Below are positions 1 through 8,310 of a stretch of DNA of 64,000 nt, one piece after another. The notes beneath the pieces are model-generated. The model was not told where the DNA came from. It worked only from the letters and a program-made list of their open reading frames with translations, and did no database searches. The stretch's first letter is position 1, and each line of letters starts with the position of its first letter. The stretch spans positions 81,559 to 145,558 of the forward strand of contig DASTOM010000024.1 of assembly GCA_035762545.1 (NCBI GenBank), written 5' to 3'. A program made the position numbers and the translations under genes. The stretch is from Acidimicrobiia bacterium. GTDB lineage: Bacteria; Actinomycetota; Acidimicrobiia; Spongiisociales; ZC4RG35.

Positions 1-1
1 C

Positions 2-1060
2 ATCGACGTCCGCGAGTCGGACGAGTTCGGTCAGGGTGCGGTTGCCGGAGCCCTGTTCCTGCCCCGTGGTCTCCTCGAACGTGACATCGATGCGATGGTT
101 CCCGATCGCGCCACTCCGCTGGTTCTGTACTGCGCGGCCGGCAACCGCTCGGCGTTGGCCGCCGCGACCCTCCTCGACCTCGGGTATGAAAGTGTCACTT
201 CGATGATCGGCGGGTTCGACGGTTGGAAGGCCGCCGGCCTGCCCTGGGGGGACCCGACCGGGCTCACCGCCGAACAGAAGACCCGATACGCCCGACACGT
301 GCGACTCCCCGAAGTCGGCGAGGCCGGTCAGCTCCGCCTCCTCGAAGCACGCGTCCTCCTCATTGGCGCCGGAGGCCTCGGATCACCGGCGGCCCTCTAT
401 CTGGCCGCGGCAGGCGTAGGCACCATCGGGATCGTCGATGACGACGTGGTCGACTCCTCGAACCTGCAGCGTCAGGTGATCCACAACGTCGAGCGGATCG
501 GAATGGCAAAGACCGATTCGGCCCGGGAGACGCTTACCGCACTCAACCCCGACGTGAAGGTCGAGACCCATCGGGAACGCCTCCTCGCCGGCAGCGCCTT
601 GCGGATCATGAGCGGCTACGACGTCGTGGTGGACGGTGGCGACAACTTCCCGACCCGATACCTGGTCAATGACGCCGCCCTTCACCTCGGTGTCCCCGTT
701 GTCCACGGTTCGATCTTCCGATTCGAGGGCCAGGTCTCGGTGTTCTCGCCGTGGGAGGGGCCTTGTTACCGCTGCCTCCATCCGGAGGCCCCGCCACCGG
801 AGGTTGCTCCTTCGTGTGCTGAAGCCGGGGTTTTCGGGGTCCTCCCGGGAGTGATCGGCTCGATCCAGGCGATGGAGACGATCAAGCTCCTGCTCGGTAT
901 CGGCGACACCCTTCTGGGTCGTCTCATGGTCTATGACGCCCTGGAACAGGACTTCGCCACGATGACCGTGAAACGAGACCCGGATTGTGCGGCATGTTCC
1001 GATCGGGACCGCCTCCCCGACCTCGTGGACTATGACCAGACCTGCCGCGTTCCTGCCTGA
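2..1060 (+). CDS. Rhodanese-ThiF/MoeB-type E1-like adenylyltransferase (sulfur-carrier-protein activating enzyme); 5' end lies outside window
   Basis: Reading frame is open from the window edge. The rhodanese active-site loop CAAGNRS precedes the ThiF/MoeB nucleotide-binding motif LLIGAGGLGSPAALYLAAAGVG...DDDVVDSSNLQRQ. A C-terminal paired CxxC zinc motif (CYRC...CAAC) is present. Confidence 0.8.
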   Translation: MDVRESDEFGQGAVAGALFLPRGLLERDIDAMVPDRATPLVLYCAAGNRSALAAATLLDLGYESVTSMIGGFDGWKAAGLPWGDPTGLTAEQKTRYARHVRLPEVGEAGQLRLLEARVLLIGAGGLGSPAALYLAAAGVGTIGIVDDDVVDSSNLQRQVIHNVERIGMAKTDSARETLTALNPDVKVETHRERLLAGSALRIMSGYDVVVDGGDNFPTRYLVNDAALHLGVPVVHGSIFRFEGQVSVFSPWEGPCYRCLHPEAPPPEVAPSCAEAGVFGVLPGVIGSIQAMETIKLLLGIGDTLLGRLMVYDALEQDFATMTVKRDPDCAACSDRDRLPDLVDYDQTCRVPA

Positions 1061-1400
1061 CGATCTCGGCCAGGAGATCATCGACCACTGTCTCTCCGAG
1101 TTACCCAACGAGGGCTGCGGGCTCGTGGCGGTATCGGTCGGAAGGGTGGTCAGCGTCTACCCCACGTCGAACTCGGACTCGTCCCCGAGCTCGTTCACGA
1201 TCCCTCCTGAGGAGCACTACGCCGCCTTGACCGACGCCGAGTCGAACGGCTGGGAGATAGGTGGTGTGTTCCACTCCCACCCTGCCGGACCGGCGGCGAT
1301 GTCGTCGACCGACCTCGCCAGGGCGCTGGAACCGGACTGGACCTACTTCGTTGTCGGACTCGACGGCGACCGCCCGACGATCTCGGCCCACACGATCTGA
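1032..1400 (+). CDS. JAMM/MPN+ (Mov34) family metalloprotease, Mec/CysO-deconjugating type
   Basis: JAMM motif is present: E in NEGCGLV followed by HSHPAGPAAMSSTD (HxH-x7-S-x2-D). The ATG at 1032 overlaps the stop of the upstream E1-like gene. Size is about 120 aa. Confidence 0.75.
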   Translation: MTRPAAFLPDDLGQEIIDHCLSELPNEGCGLVAVSVGRVVSVYPTSNSDSSPSSFTIPPEEHYAALTDAESNGWEIGGVFHSHPAGPAAMSSTDLARALEPDWTYFVVGLDGDRPTISAHTI

Positions 1401-1519
1401 GTCAGCAAGCACGATGGGAGTTGGCTCCGCAACCAGTCGTAACGCGTCCGGTCACCCTTCCCCTCCGCCACGTAGCGCTGCCGGAAGGCTTTCGGCGGCG
1501 TCCCGATCCGGCTCGGGGG

Positions 1520-1552
1520 TTGTTGTCCGTTAACGGCCGGTCACGGACAACA
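1520..1552 (+). promoter_or_regulatory. Palindrome ttgttgtccgt-N12-acggacaaca in the intergenic region between the JAMM gene and the MOSC gene
   Basis: 11/10-bp inverted repeat with a loop containing TTAACGGCCGG. Could be a terminator for the upstream operon or an operator for the MOSC gene. Confidence 0.3.
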
Positions 1553-1598
1553 TGGTGATCATGGTGGCTCTGCCGCATGCACAGGCCATACTGTTCCG

Positions 1599-2135
1599 AT
1601 GCGCCGAACCACGGAAGAGCTCGAGAGCTTCCTCGCCAACATCCTCGCCGCTCCCAAGGACGCCGGTCCGATCGAGATGATCGTGCGTCGCCCCGGGGAG
1701 GATCAGCGGGAGATCGTCGAGACCGCTGAGCTCAGCGCCAGCGAAGGCCTTGTCGGAGACAACTGGATCATGAGGGTGGACGAGACCGGTGAGCCGCACA
1801 TGGCCGCCCAACTGACACTGATGAACGCCCGGGTCGCCGACGCGGTCGCTTTGACCCGTGATCGCTGGCCCCTGGCCGGCGACCAGATCTACGTCGACCT
1901 CGACATCTCACACGAGAACCTCCCGGCAGGCTCCCGTATCAAGGTCGGCGAGGCGGTAGTCGAGATCTCAGAGGTGCCCCACACCGGGTGTGCCAAGTTC
2001 TCGGGGAGGTTCGGCGCCGACGCCCTCCGCTTCGCCAACGTCGGCCCCGGAAGGGAAAACCGTTTTCGCGGAGTGAACGCCTTCATCGTCGAAGGTGGTT
2101 CGATCGCCGTCGGCGACAAGGTCACCAAGCTATAG
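1599..2135 (+). CDS. MOSC domain-containing protein (YiiM-like)
   Basis: About 178 aa with conserved Cys in PHTGCAKF and the beta-barrel layout typical of MOSC proteins. Preceded by a 200-bp intergenic region with a palindrome. Confidence 0.55.
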   Translation: MRRTTEELESFLANILAAPKDAGPIEMIVRRPGEDQREIVETAELSASEGLVGDNWIMRVDETGEPHMAAQLTLMNARVADAVALTRDRWPLAGDQIYVDLDISHENLPAGSRIKVGEAVVEISEVPHTGCAKFSGRFGADALRFANVGPGRENRFRGVNAFIVEGGSIAVGDKVTKL

Positions 2136-2162
2136 CCGACTCCCCCGGGTCGGCTCGACCCA

Positions 2163-3203
2163 TCAGATTGCAGCGAACCAGCCCATCGCTCCCCGATCGG
2201 CGAGCCAGTGCTGGTGCGGATGGAACATGTACCTCCCGTAGTCCGGGAGGCTGAACTCGATCATGGCACGCTGACCCTGGGCGAGGGCGATGGTGTCGTC
2301 CCTGAAGGTGGCGCTGTCACCGATACCGGCGGGATACACATCGAATGTCTGGGAATGAAGATGGAACGACGCCAGCGACTCGTATTCGAGGAGATTGACG
2401 ATGTACGCCCTGACCGGCTCGTCTCTGCTCACCTTGATCGGGAACTGATCGAAGAATCCGGCGATTCCGTTCCAAGCCACCACGCCATTGCGGCCGATGG
2501 TCTCGTTGGAGAAACCGGACAGGAGCAGGGAGACCTCTTGAGCGGGACGCCGCCCACCCATCGGGTCGACGATCATCATCCCGTAGAGCCCTCGGGCGAT
2601 GTGCTCGGCCAGCGGTGCAGTGTGGCAGTGGTAGGGATGCAACCCGGCGGGGCCGGCGTCGATCTCGTAGGTGAAGTCCCCACCCGGCGGGATCGGCTCC
2701 CAACCATCCATCTCGGGTCTGTGGGCGCCATGGAAGTGGATCGAGTGGGGATGCCCGGTGTGGTTCTCCAGGTGAATTCTGAGGACATCCCCCTCCGAGG
2801 CCCTGATGATGGGTGCGGGAACCGTCCCGTTGTAGGTCCACGCCTCGATGAAGACCTCGTGGCCCACCTCGATGAGACGCTCCTCCACCCGCATCTCGAT
2901 CTCCCTGACCGTTCCCGGGGGTCGACCGTCAGGTGGAGGGGGGAGGGTGAGTTCGTCGAGCGCATTTGCGCCGAGACCGCGTGGCGGTCCGAATCCCTGC
3001 CCGTAGATGGTGTCGAGAACGTCTTCACCGACAGTCATCTCGTGGTTCGACTGATAGACGTCTTCGGTCGGGGACGGGGACGGGGACGTGGCGTCGCGGG
3101 CCGCGGCCCCGATCAACGACCCTCCGAGCAGTGCGGCCCCACCGAGACCTGCCTTCTTGAGGAGGTCGCGCCTGGACACCCCTTCCGGGGACGAATCGGT
3201 CAT
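2163..3203 (-). CDS. Tat-secreted two-domain multicopper oxidase (cupredoxin fold)
   Basis: Twin-arginine signal SRRDLLKKAGLGGAALL. Copper ligand motifs HPHSIHFHG (HxHG), YHCHTAPLAEH...GMM (T1/T3 site) and FHLHSQ (HxH). Mature protein of about 345 aa fits a two-domain MCO. Start 3203 overlaps the stop (3206) of the upstream gene. Confidence 0.75.
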   Translation of the reverse strand: MTDSSPEGVSRRDLLKKAGLGGAALLGGSLIGAAARDATSPSPSPTEDVYQSNHEMTVGEDVLDTIYGQGFGPPRGLGANALDELTLPPPPDGRPPGTVREIEMRVEERLIEVGHEVFIEAWTYNGTVPAPIIRASEGDVLRIHLENHTGHPHSIHFHGAHRPEMDGWEPIPPGGDFTYEIDAGPAGLHPYHCHTAPLAEHIARGLYGMMIVDPMGGRRPAQEVSLLLSGFSNETIGRNGVVAWNGIAGFFDQFPIKVSRDEPVRAYIVNLLEYESLASFHLHSQTFDVYPAGIGDSATFRDDTIALAQGQRAMIEFSLPDYGRYMFHPHQHWLADRGAMGWFAAI

Positions 3204-3205
3204 TC

Positions 3206-4909
3206 CTAGACGATTCCCCCGACGAGCATCCCGAGGAAGACGAACACGAGGTAGACGCCCATCCCCCCGGCGAGGAGGACCCAGCGGTAGGTGGCGGGGA
3301 TCCTGCTCCGACCGAACACGTAGTAGCCGATCACCCCGAGGAAAGGGATGGCCAGGATGGCGAGCATCCACCCGACGACGGCACCCTTGCTGAGGTCGTC
3401 ACGTCTCGAGATGAGCTCCCAGATCGCGATCACCACCCATGCGGCATACAGGGCGAGCGGTAGCACGTAGGCGTAGAGGCCCAGGAAGCCTCCGATCGTC
3501 GAGGCGAAGGTGACGCCCATGATGTTGAATCCCTTCTGTTGGGTGACTTCGATTCCTTCTGGAGTCGCCGGCAACTCGATCGAGTCGATGTCCGGCTCGG
3601 CCGCGGCGAACACATTCACCGCGGGGACTACTGGAGCCTCGGCCCCGCCCGGCATCTGAGGCTGGGGCTCGGGGTGGGGCAGATCGCCGTGGAAGACCTC
3701 CGGGGTCATTTCGAGATTCGCTTCTATGGCCCTGCCGAGGAGGGCGCTGAGCGACCCGATCTCGAAGAGGGCCGGGAACCGCACGCCTTCACACCTCTGG
3801 GTGAACTGCATCGCCGGGGGCATCGTCTCGACGATCGAGTTCCCGGCGAAACAGGTTCCCGATTGGGCGGGTCCCGACATGGTGAGACTGGCGAGCCCCA
3901 CACCTTCGACAGTGTTGTCGACGATCGTGTTGCCTGCCGTCATCCAGACGTTCTTGTCGACCAGCGGATGGAGATAGATGCCCGACATCGGATGGTTGAC
4001 CACCAGATTCCTGGCGACGAAGAAGTCACGTGCGCCGGTCAGGATCATGCCGTTGCCCTGAGCGATCCACTGGGCGCCTTTGAACGGGAAAGTCCGGTGC
4101 CCGTTGTCGTGGATGACGTTGCCGACGACCGTCACGTCCTCGACCGGCGGCAACAGCTCTCCGTCCCACGAGTTGGGGGAGATCCCAGATCCGTTGTACC
4201 GGAACACATTGTTGACCAGGTACATGTTGGTCGAGGCATTCGAGCCGGAGTAGCCGAGTCCCGAGTACTCGCCTATCGAGTCGGTGATCACGGCGTCGCA
4301 CGGATTGCACTGGCCGACGTAGAAGGCAGCATCGGGTGACCCGGTGGCATAGGAGTGTTCGAACAACCCGTCGCCGGAGTCGAAGGCGTAGATCCCGTAG
4401 TCACCGTTGTTGACCGCGGTCACATAAGAGGCGCGGTAGCCCCGCACCCCGGACCAGTAGACCCCGTTGAGTGTGTGGTTTCGGGTCGTCAGGTTCTCCA
4501 CGACCACTCCGTCGGTGAACAGCGCCTGGATGCCGTTGGCCCGCTCGAACTCGCCGTCGATGATCACCTCGTTGCGGTCCACGCCCCGGATGGTCACACC
4601 CGGAGTTCTCACATCCACCGCCTCGCGATAGATGCCACGGTCGATGAGGACCAGGTCACCGGGCTCGGCTGCATCGACGGCCGCCTGGATTGTCGGATAG
4701 TCACCCGGAACATCCCTCGTGTTGCCGGACCACTCTGCTGGCGACTCCGTGGACGGGTCGCCCACGGCGGCGGGGGAAGGGTTCCCGGGTGGCGGGCCGG
4801 CGCAGGCCGCAAGCGCCAGGGCTCCGGCGACGATGAGGAGAACGAATCCCCCCCGGCGATCACCCCTCGCCGACAATGAGGGTCCCGGCCATTCCGTCAC
4901 CTTCAGCAT
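3206..4909 (-). CDS. Lipoprotein with right-handed parallel beta-helix repeats (NosD-like periplasmic copper-binding fold) fused to a C-terminal PLDc_N-type membrane domain
   Basis: Lipobox LALAAC after RR-containing n-region. Long run of Gly/Asn-rich beta-helix repeats (NGDYGIY, NGSGIS, VVGNVIHDNG, GNTIVDNTVEG). C-terminal 90 aa with two TM helices and motif WVVIAIWELISRRDDLSKGAVVGWMLAILAIPFLGVIGYYVFG matching the PLD-nuclease N-terminal domain family. Confidence 0.65.
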   Translation of the reverse strand: MLKVTEWPGPSLSARGDRRGGFVLLIVAGALALAACAGPPPGNPSPAAVGDPSTESPAEWSGNTRDVPGDYPTIQAAVDAAEPGDLVLIDRGIYREAVDVRTPGVTIRGVDRNEVIIDGEFERANGIQALFTDGVVVENLTTRNHTLNGVYWSGVRGYRASYVTAVNNGDYGIYAFDSGDGLFEHSYATGSPDAAFYVGQCNPCDAVITDSIGEYSGLGYSGSNASTNMYLVNNVFRYNGSGISPNSWDGELLPPVEDVTVVGNVIHDNGHRTFPFKGAQWIAQGNGMILTGARDFFVARNLVVNHPMSGIYLHPLVDKNVWMTAGNTIVDNTVEGVGLASLTMSGPAQSGTCFAGNSIVETMPPAMQFTQRCEGVRFPALFEIGSLSALLGRAIEANLEMTPEVFHGDLPHPEPQPQMPGGAEAPVVPAVNVFAAAEPDIDSIELPATPEGIEVTQQKGFNIMGVTFASTIGGFLGLYAYVLPLALYAAWVVIAIWELISRRDDLSKGAVVGWMLAILAIPFLGVIGYYVFGRSRIPATYRWVLLAGGMGVYLVFVFLGMLVGGIV

Positions 4910-5237
4910 TTCCGTGCAAGGTACAGAAGAACGTGTAGGTGCCGGCGGTGTCGTACGTCAAGAGTGCCTCGTCACCCTCGAGTTGCTCGAGGCTGCCGAA
5001 CACCGACTCGGTGGACCATTGGCCGCCGGCGTCGACGGCATTGTGCGGGTTGCGACCGGCTCCTACCCAGGTGACGGTGCCACCGACCGGGATCTCGATC
5101 TCGGTGTACTGGAAGCGATTGTCGTACATTGCGACGGTGACGTCCTGGGCCTCGATGGACTCGCCCTCGTCGGACCCCCCACACGCGACCAAGAGGATGG
5201 CACCCGCGAGTGCGAGTGCCCGAAGATGCGATTTCAC
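4860..5237 (-). CDS. Cupredoxin (plastocyanin/azurin-like type-1 copper) lipoprotein
   Basis: Lipoprotein signal LLVAC. Type-1 copper ligands in PHNAVD...FFCTLHGN...M. Length about 125 aa. Translationally coupled to flanking genes. Confidence 0.75.
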   Translation of the reverse strand: MKSHLRALALAGAILLVACGGSDEGESIEAQDVTVAMYDNRFQYTEIEIPVGGTVTWVGAGRNPHNAVDAGGQWSTESVFGSLEQLEGDEALLTYDTAGTYTFFCTLHGNAEGDGMAGTLIVGEG

Positions 5238-5791
5238 TCTTTGGAACCTCCGAACAGGCCCTTCAACCAGGACCAGAGTGATGAGAAGAACAGCGAGATA
5301 CCTCTGACCTCGCCGGCTGCGATGCCTTCTGCCTCCCGCTCAGAGGAGGCCCCCAATTTTCCCTCGAGACATCCGACGAAGTCGCCGATCAACCGCTTCG
5401 ACATCTCGTTGATGAGACCGGTTCGACCGAACTGAGCCGCCGGCCCCGAGAGCGTGACATCGGCGTCCACGGTCACTTTGGAGCCCGCGGGGTCGTCGAA
5501 TATCCCGTAAACGACTTTCACCTGACCGCGGCTCCCCCCCTTCTTGTCGACGCCCTTGCCCTCGATGGTCGCGGTGTGGTTGGCCTCGTCAGGGCTGATC
5601 GTCGCCGTGCCCTCGAAGGCCGCCGTCATCGGGCCGAGCTTGACTGCCAGTGTGCCGTCGTAGCTGCCGTCGTCATGGGCATCGGTCAACTCGGCGCCGG
5701 GAAGGCACTGGGCAACGGAAGGCACGTCCTGGAAGAAGTCCCAGACCTCAGCCGGCGGCCGCGCAACGACGAATTCCTGTGAGATCTTCAT
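5234..5791 (-). CDS. SRPBCC family protein, CoxG-like (carbon monoxide dehydrogenase subunit G family)
   Basis: N-terminus MKISQEFVVARPPAEVWDFFQDVPSVAQCLPG matches the CoxG signature. AGGAGA Shine-Dalgarno 5 nt upstream of ATG. Stop overlaps the cupredoxin start. Confidence 0.7.
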   Translation of the reverse strand: MKISQEFVVARPPAEVWDFFQDVPSVAQCLPGAELTDAHDDGSYDGTLAVKLGPMTAAFEGTATISPDEANHTATIEGKGVDKKGGSRGQVKVVYGIFDDPAGSKVTVDADVTLSGPAAQFGRTGLINEMSKRLIGDFVGCLEGKLGASSEREAEGIAAGEVRGISLFFSSLWSWLKGLFGGSKE

Positions 5792-5848
5792 TTTTCTCCT
5801 GCTGGATTGATGAAGGGTTGCGAGCGTAGCGGCCGGTTCGCCCTTACC

Positions 5849-6325
5849 TCAATGGTGGCGGTTGTCTCCGGAGAGCAATTGCAGCGCATGAGGGAGGAGT
5901 TCCAGCACCGACTCCAGATTCTCTGTGGCCCCCTTGGGGGAGCCAGGGAGATTGATGACGAGCGTGGTGCCGATGGTTCCCGCTGCGGCCCGGGTCAGGG
6001 CCGCCATCGGAGTCGACTCGAGGCCTTTGGCGATCATCGCTTGCACCAGACCGGGTGCCTGCCTCTCGAGTAGGGCAACGGTTGCCTCAGGGGTCACGTC
6101 GCGCAGACCGAATCCGGTGCCCCCGGTGGTCACGACCAGCTCGGCCGTGGCACAGGCGCGAAGAATCGACGCCTGAATCTCCTCGAAGTCGTCAGACACG
6201 AGGTCACGGCCGACCTCGTAGCCCGCACCGCGGAGAACGCTTTCCAGGGCCTCACCCGAGCCGTCCTCACGTTCGCCAGCGGACACGCCGTCGCTGACGG
6301 TGATGACGACTACGTGCCGCCCCAC
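5849..6325 (-). CDS. mogA: Molybdenum cofactor biosynthesis protein MogA/MoaB (molybdopterin adenylyltransferase family)
   Basis: VVVITVSDG...TTGGTG...GTIGTTLVINLPGSP motifs typical of the MogA/MoaB fold. I trimmed the ORF start to the GTG at 6325 to give the usual 158-aa length; the longer N-terminal extension is Pro/Arg-rich. Confidence 0.65.
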   Translation of the reverse strand: MGRHVVVITVSDGVSAGEREDGSGEALESVLRGAGYEVGRDLVSDDFEEIQASILRACATAELVVTTGGTGFGLRDVTPEATVALLERQAPGLVQAMIAKGLESTPMAALTRAAAGTIGTTLVINLPGSPKGATENLESVLELLPHALQLLSGDNRHH

Positions 6326-7149
6326 GCCCTCGGGTCGATCGAGACCCCGCCCTGGAGAATGGTGAGGTTGAACACGAGCAGGACGAGCAGGAAGGTGGCC
6401 AGACCCCATGGCCACGGCGTTGTTCTCTCGTCCTCGGGACCGATGACGGTGGCGGTACCTGGGGCCGCGGCGAGGGTGAACAGAAACATCACGGCGGCCA
6501 CGGGAAGACCGGGCAGAACCAGACCCTCGCTGTCAGGAAGGAAGAACGGTATGGCCGCGAACGCCGAAGCCACGGCAGGGATGAGTGCGATCCACAAGGC
6601 AAATACGAGACGCTTGCGACCGGTGCTCACCAGTCGCCGATGCGGGGTGAAAGCGAGGAAGGCGGCTGCAGCCGACAGAGCGATGAGGAGCAGACCGATA
6701 CCGCCGCCCGCGGAGATGACGACATCGAGACCTGGCGGAGCGTCGAGAGTTGCGTAAGCCAGGGCGAGTGGGTCCGTGTCCGAGAAGGGAAGGAACACCG
6801 CCTGAGTTAGAGCCTGCCTCAGGACGTGAAGCAGCATCCAGAGCAGTACCAGACGCGAGACACCGTGACCGCGCTGAGTCGGGTAGACGAAGAGTGAGAA
6901 GAGACCAACGATGAGACAGAGGATGAACCCACCGGCCCATGCGAGGTCGCTGGCACCGGTGAATTCGACCCGGTTGTTGTAGAGCACGGCATCCCCGCCC
7001 AGGATCTCGGCAAGGATGCCGTCGCCGAGATCGTCGAGCAATTGGGCGATGACGATGCCGAATGTCGAGGCCAGGGCTGAGGCCAATACCAGGGGAACAC
7101 CGATATGAGCTACGGCAGGAGGCGATTCCTTGGAGGTCTCGGTAGTCAC
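6310..7149 (-). CDS. Hypothetical integral membrane protein (about 8 predicted TM segments)
   Basis: Continuous hydrophobic segments throughout. No recognisable catalytic motif. Confidence 0.45.
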   Translation of the reverse strand: MTTETSKESPPAVAHIGVPLVLASALASTFGIVIAQLLDDLGDGILAEILGGDAVLYNNRVEFTGASDLAWAGGFILCLIVGLFSLFVYPTQRGHGVSRLVLLWMLLHVLRQALTQAVFLPFSDTDPLALAYATLDAPPGLDVVISAGGGIGLLLIALSAAAAFLAFTPHRRLVSTGRKRLVFALWIALIPAVASAFAAIPFFLPDSEGLVLPGLPVAAVMFLFTLAAAPGTATVIGPEDERTTPWPWGLATFLLVLLVFNLTILQGGVSIDPRAWGGT

Positions 7150-7210
7150 TGGCGGAAATGCTAAACCAGAATGGTCCGGCTTCCAGGGGTCTCGGTTACC
7201 GTCAGCCCGA

Positions 7211-8035
7211 ATGAGCCAGGAGTACGAGGCGGTCTACCTCCCGGGTGACGCGCCGGGGTCTTACATCTCGACACCACTGGCCAACGCCGGGTGGTACGAC
7301 GAGGGCCAACATGGCGGCGCCTTCGCCGCGCTGGTCGTAGGCCACATCGAGACAGAGGTTCCCACCCTCACCGAGATGCAGGTCAACCGGGCGACCATCG
7401 AGATCTTTCGTGTGATTCCACTCGTCGAGCTTCGGGTCGACACCGAGGTCGTCAGAGAGGGCAAGCGAATCCAAACGGTCGTCGCCCGGGTCTTCGACAC
7501 CGAGGGGACGCTGATGTCCCTGGCGACGGTCCAGCGGTTGCGAGTCGCCGATCTCAGAGTGCCGGACGACGCCCGACCGCCCGAGGTCGATTTCCCTCTC
7601 CCCCGGCACGTGGCTCCGAAGAGCGTCGAGGGCTGGGGAGTCGGTGAGCCGGGGAAGACGATGTTTCATCGTCACGCCATCGAGGTCCGAGAAGCGGTAG
7701 GCGGCTTCGATGCCAAGGGTCCGGGCAGCGTCTGGATCAGACTCACCAAGCCGATGGTCGCCGGCCGCGAAGTGACACCTCTGCAACGAGCCGTCGCCAC
7801 CGCCGACTTCTGCAACGGAGTCAGCCGCGGGCTCGACATGGGAGCGTGGGTGTTCATGAACCCGGATCTCACCGTTCACCTGTCCCGCTATCCCCGCGGC
7901 GAGTGGATCGGGTTGTCGGCTGGGTCGTCTTACGGTGACATCGGACGAGGTGTTGCGACCGGGACCCTCTGGGACGAGTCCGGGTGGCTGGGCCGGTCTA
8001 CTCAGAGTCTCTACCTCGATCGGATCGAAGGGTGA
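7211..8035 (+). CDS. Thioesterase-family (hotdog-fold, acyl-CoA thioesterase-like) protein
   Basis: Double hotdog-like layout with GGAFAALVVGH motif. Start chosen at MSQEYEAV (ATG 7211). Confidence 0.5.
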   Translation: MSQEYEAVYLPGDAPGSYISTPLANAGWYDEGQHGGAFAALVVGHIETEVPTLTEMQVNRATIEIFRVIPLVELRVDTEVVREGKRIQTVVARVFDTEGTLMSLATVQRLRVADLRVPDDARPPEVDFPLPRHVAPKSVEGWGVGEPGKTMFHRHAIEVREAVGGFDAKGPGSVWIRLTKPMVAGREVTPLQRAVATADFCNGVSRGLDMGAWVFMNPDLTVHLSRYPRGEWIGLSAGSSYGDIGRGVATGTLWDESGWLGRSTQSLYLDRIEG

Positions 8036-8039
8036 CGCC

Positions 8040-8310
8040 TTAGGAAGCCAGGATCAGGGTGCCCACCAGCCAGACGAAGAAGATCCCAATCGAGATGGAC
8101 AAGACCTCACCGGTCCGTCGCCAGTTCAGCGCCATCCAGGTCCCACCGATGGCGACCAGGAACGCGAGGGCTGCAGACCACCACGTTGGGACCAATCCGG
8201 CAGCGGCGGCACCGATGATGAGGATCACCACCACGACCACGAACCCGCCGGCGACGAGCGCATAGAGAACCTGACGTGGGGTCGGCTCGGGTGAGGCTTC
8301 CCCGCTCACA
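8040..8310 (-). CDS. Small membrane protein (2 TM)
   Basis: Hydrophobic stretches GGFVVVVVILIIGAAAAGLV and ISIGIFFVWLVGTLILA. GTG start overlaps the mug stop (GTGA). Confidence 0.4.

Noticed and set aside
383-1108. Long antisense or alternative-frame ORFs throughout (e.g. 383..1108, 2208..3209, 3539..4339, 17979..19136, 18010..18798, 19991..20887, 36966..37755, 59871..60458, 60295..60885)
   Set aside because: They are Arg/Pro/Gly-rich translations typical of high-GC DNA and lie entirely inside well-supported genes on the other strand or frame.
2163-3203. Considered calling the multicopper oxidase a copper-containing nitrite reductase (NirK)
   Set aside because: The spacing around the Cys ligand is intermediate. 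However the HxHG (IHFHG) and second HxH (FHLHS) motifs are those of MCO trinuclear-site ligands, which NirK lacks. I kept the generic two-domain MCO call.
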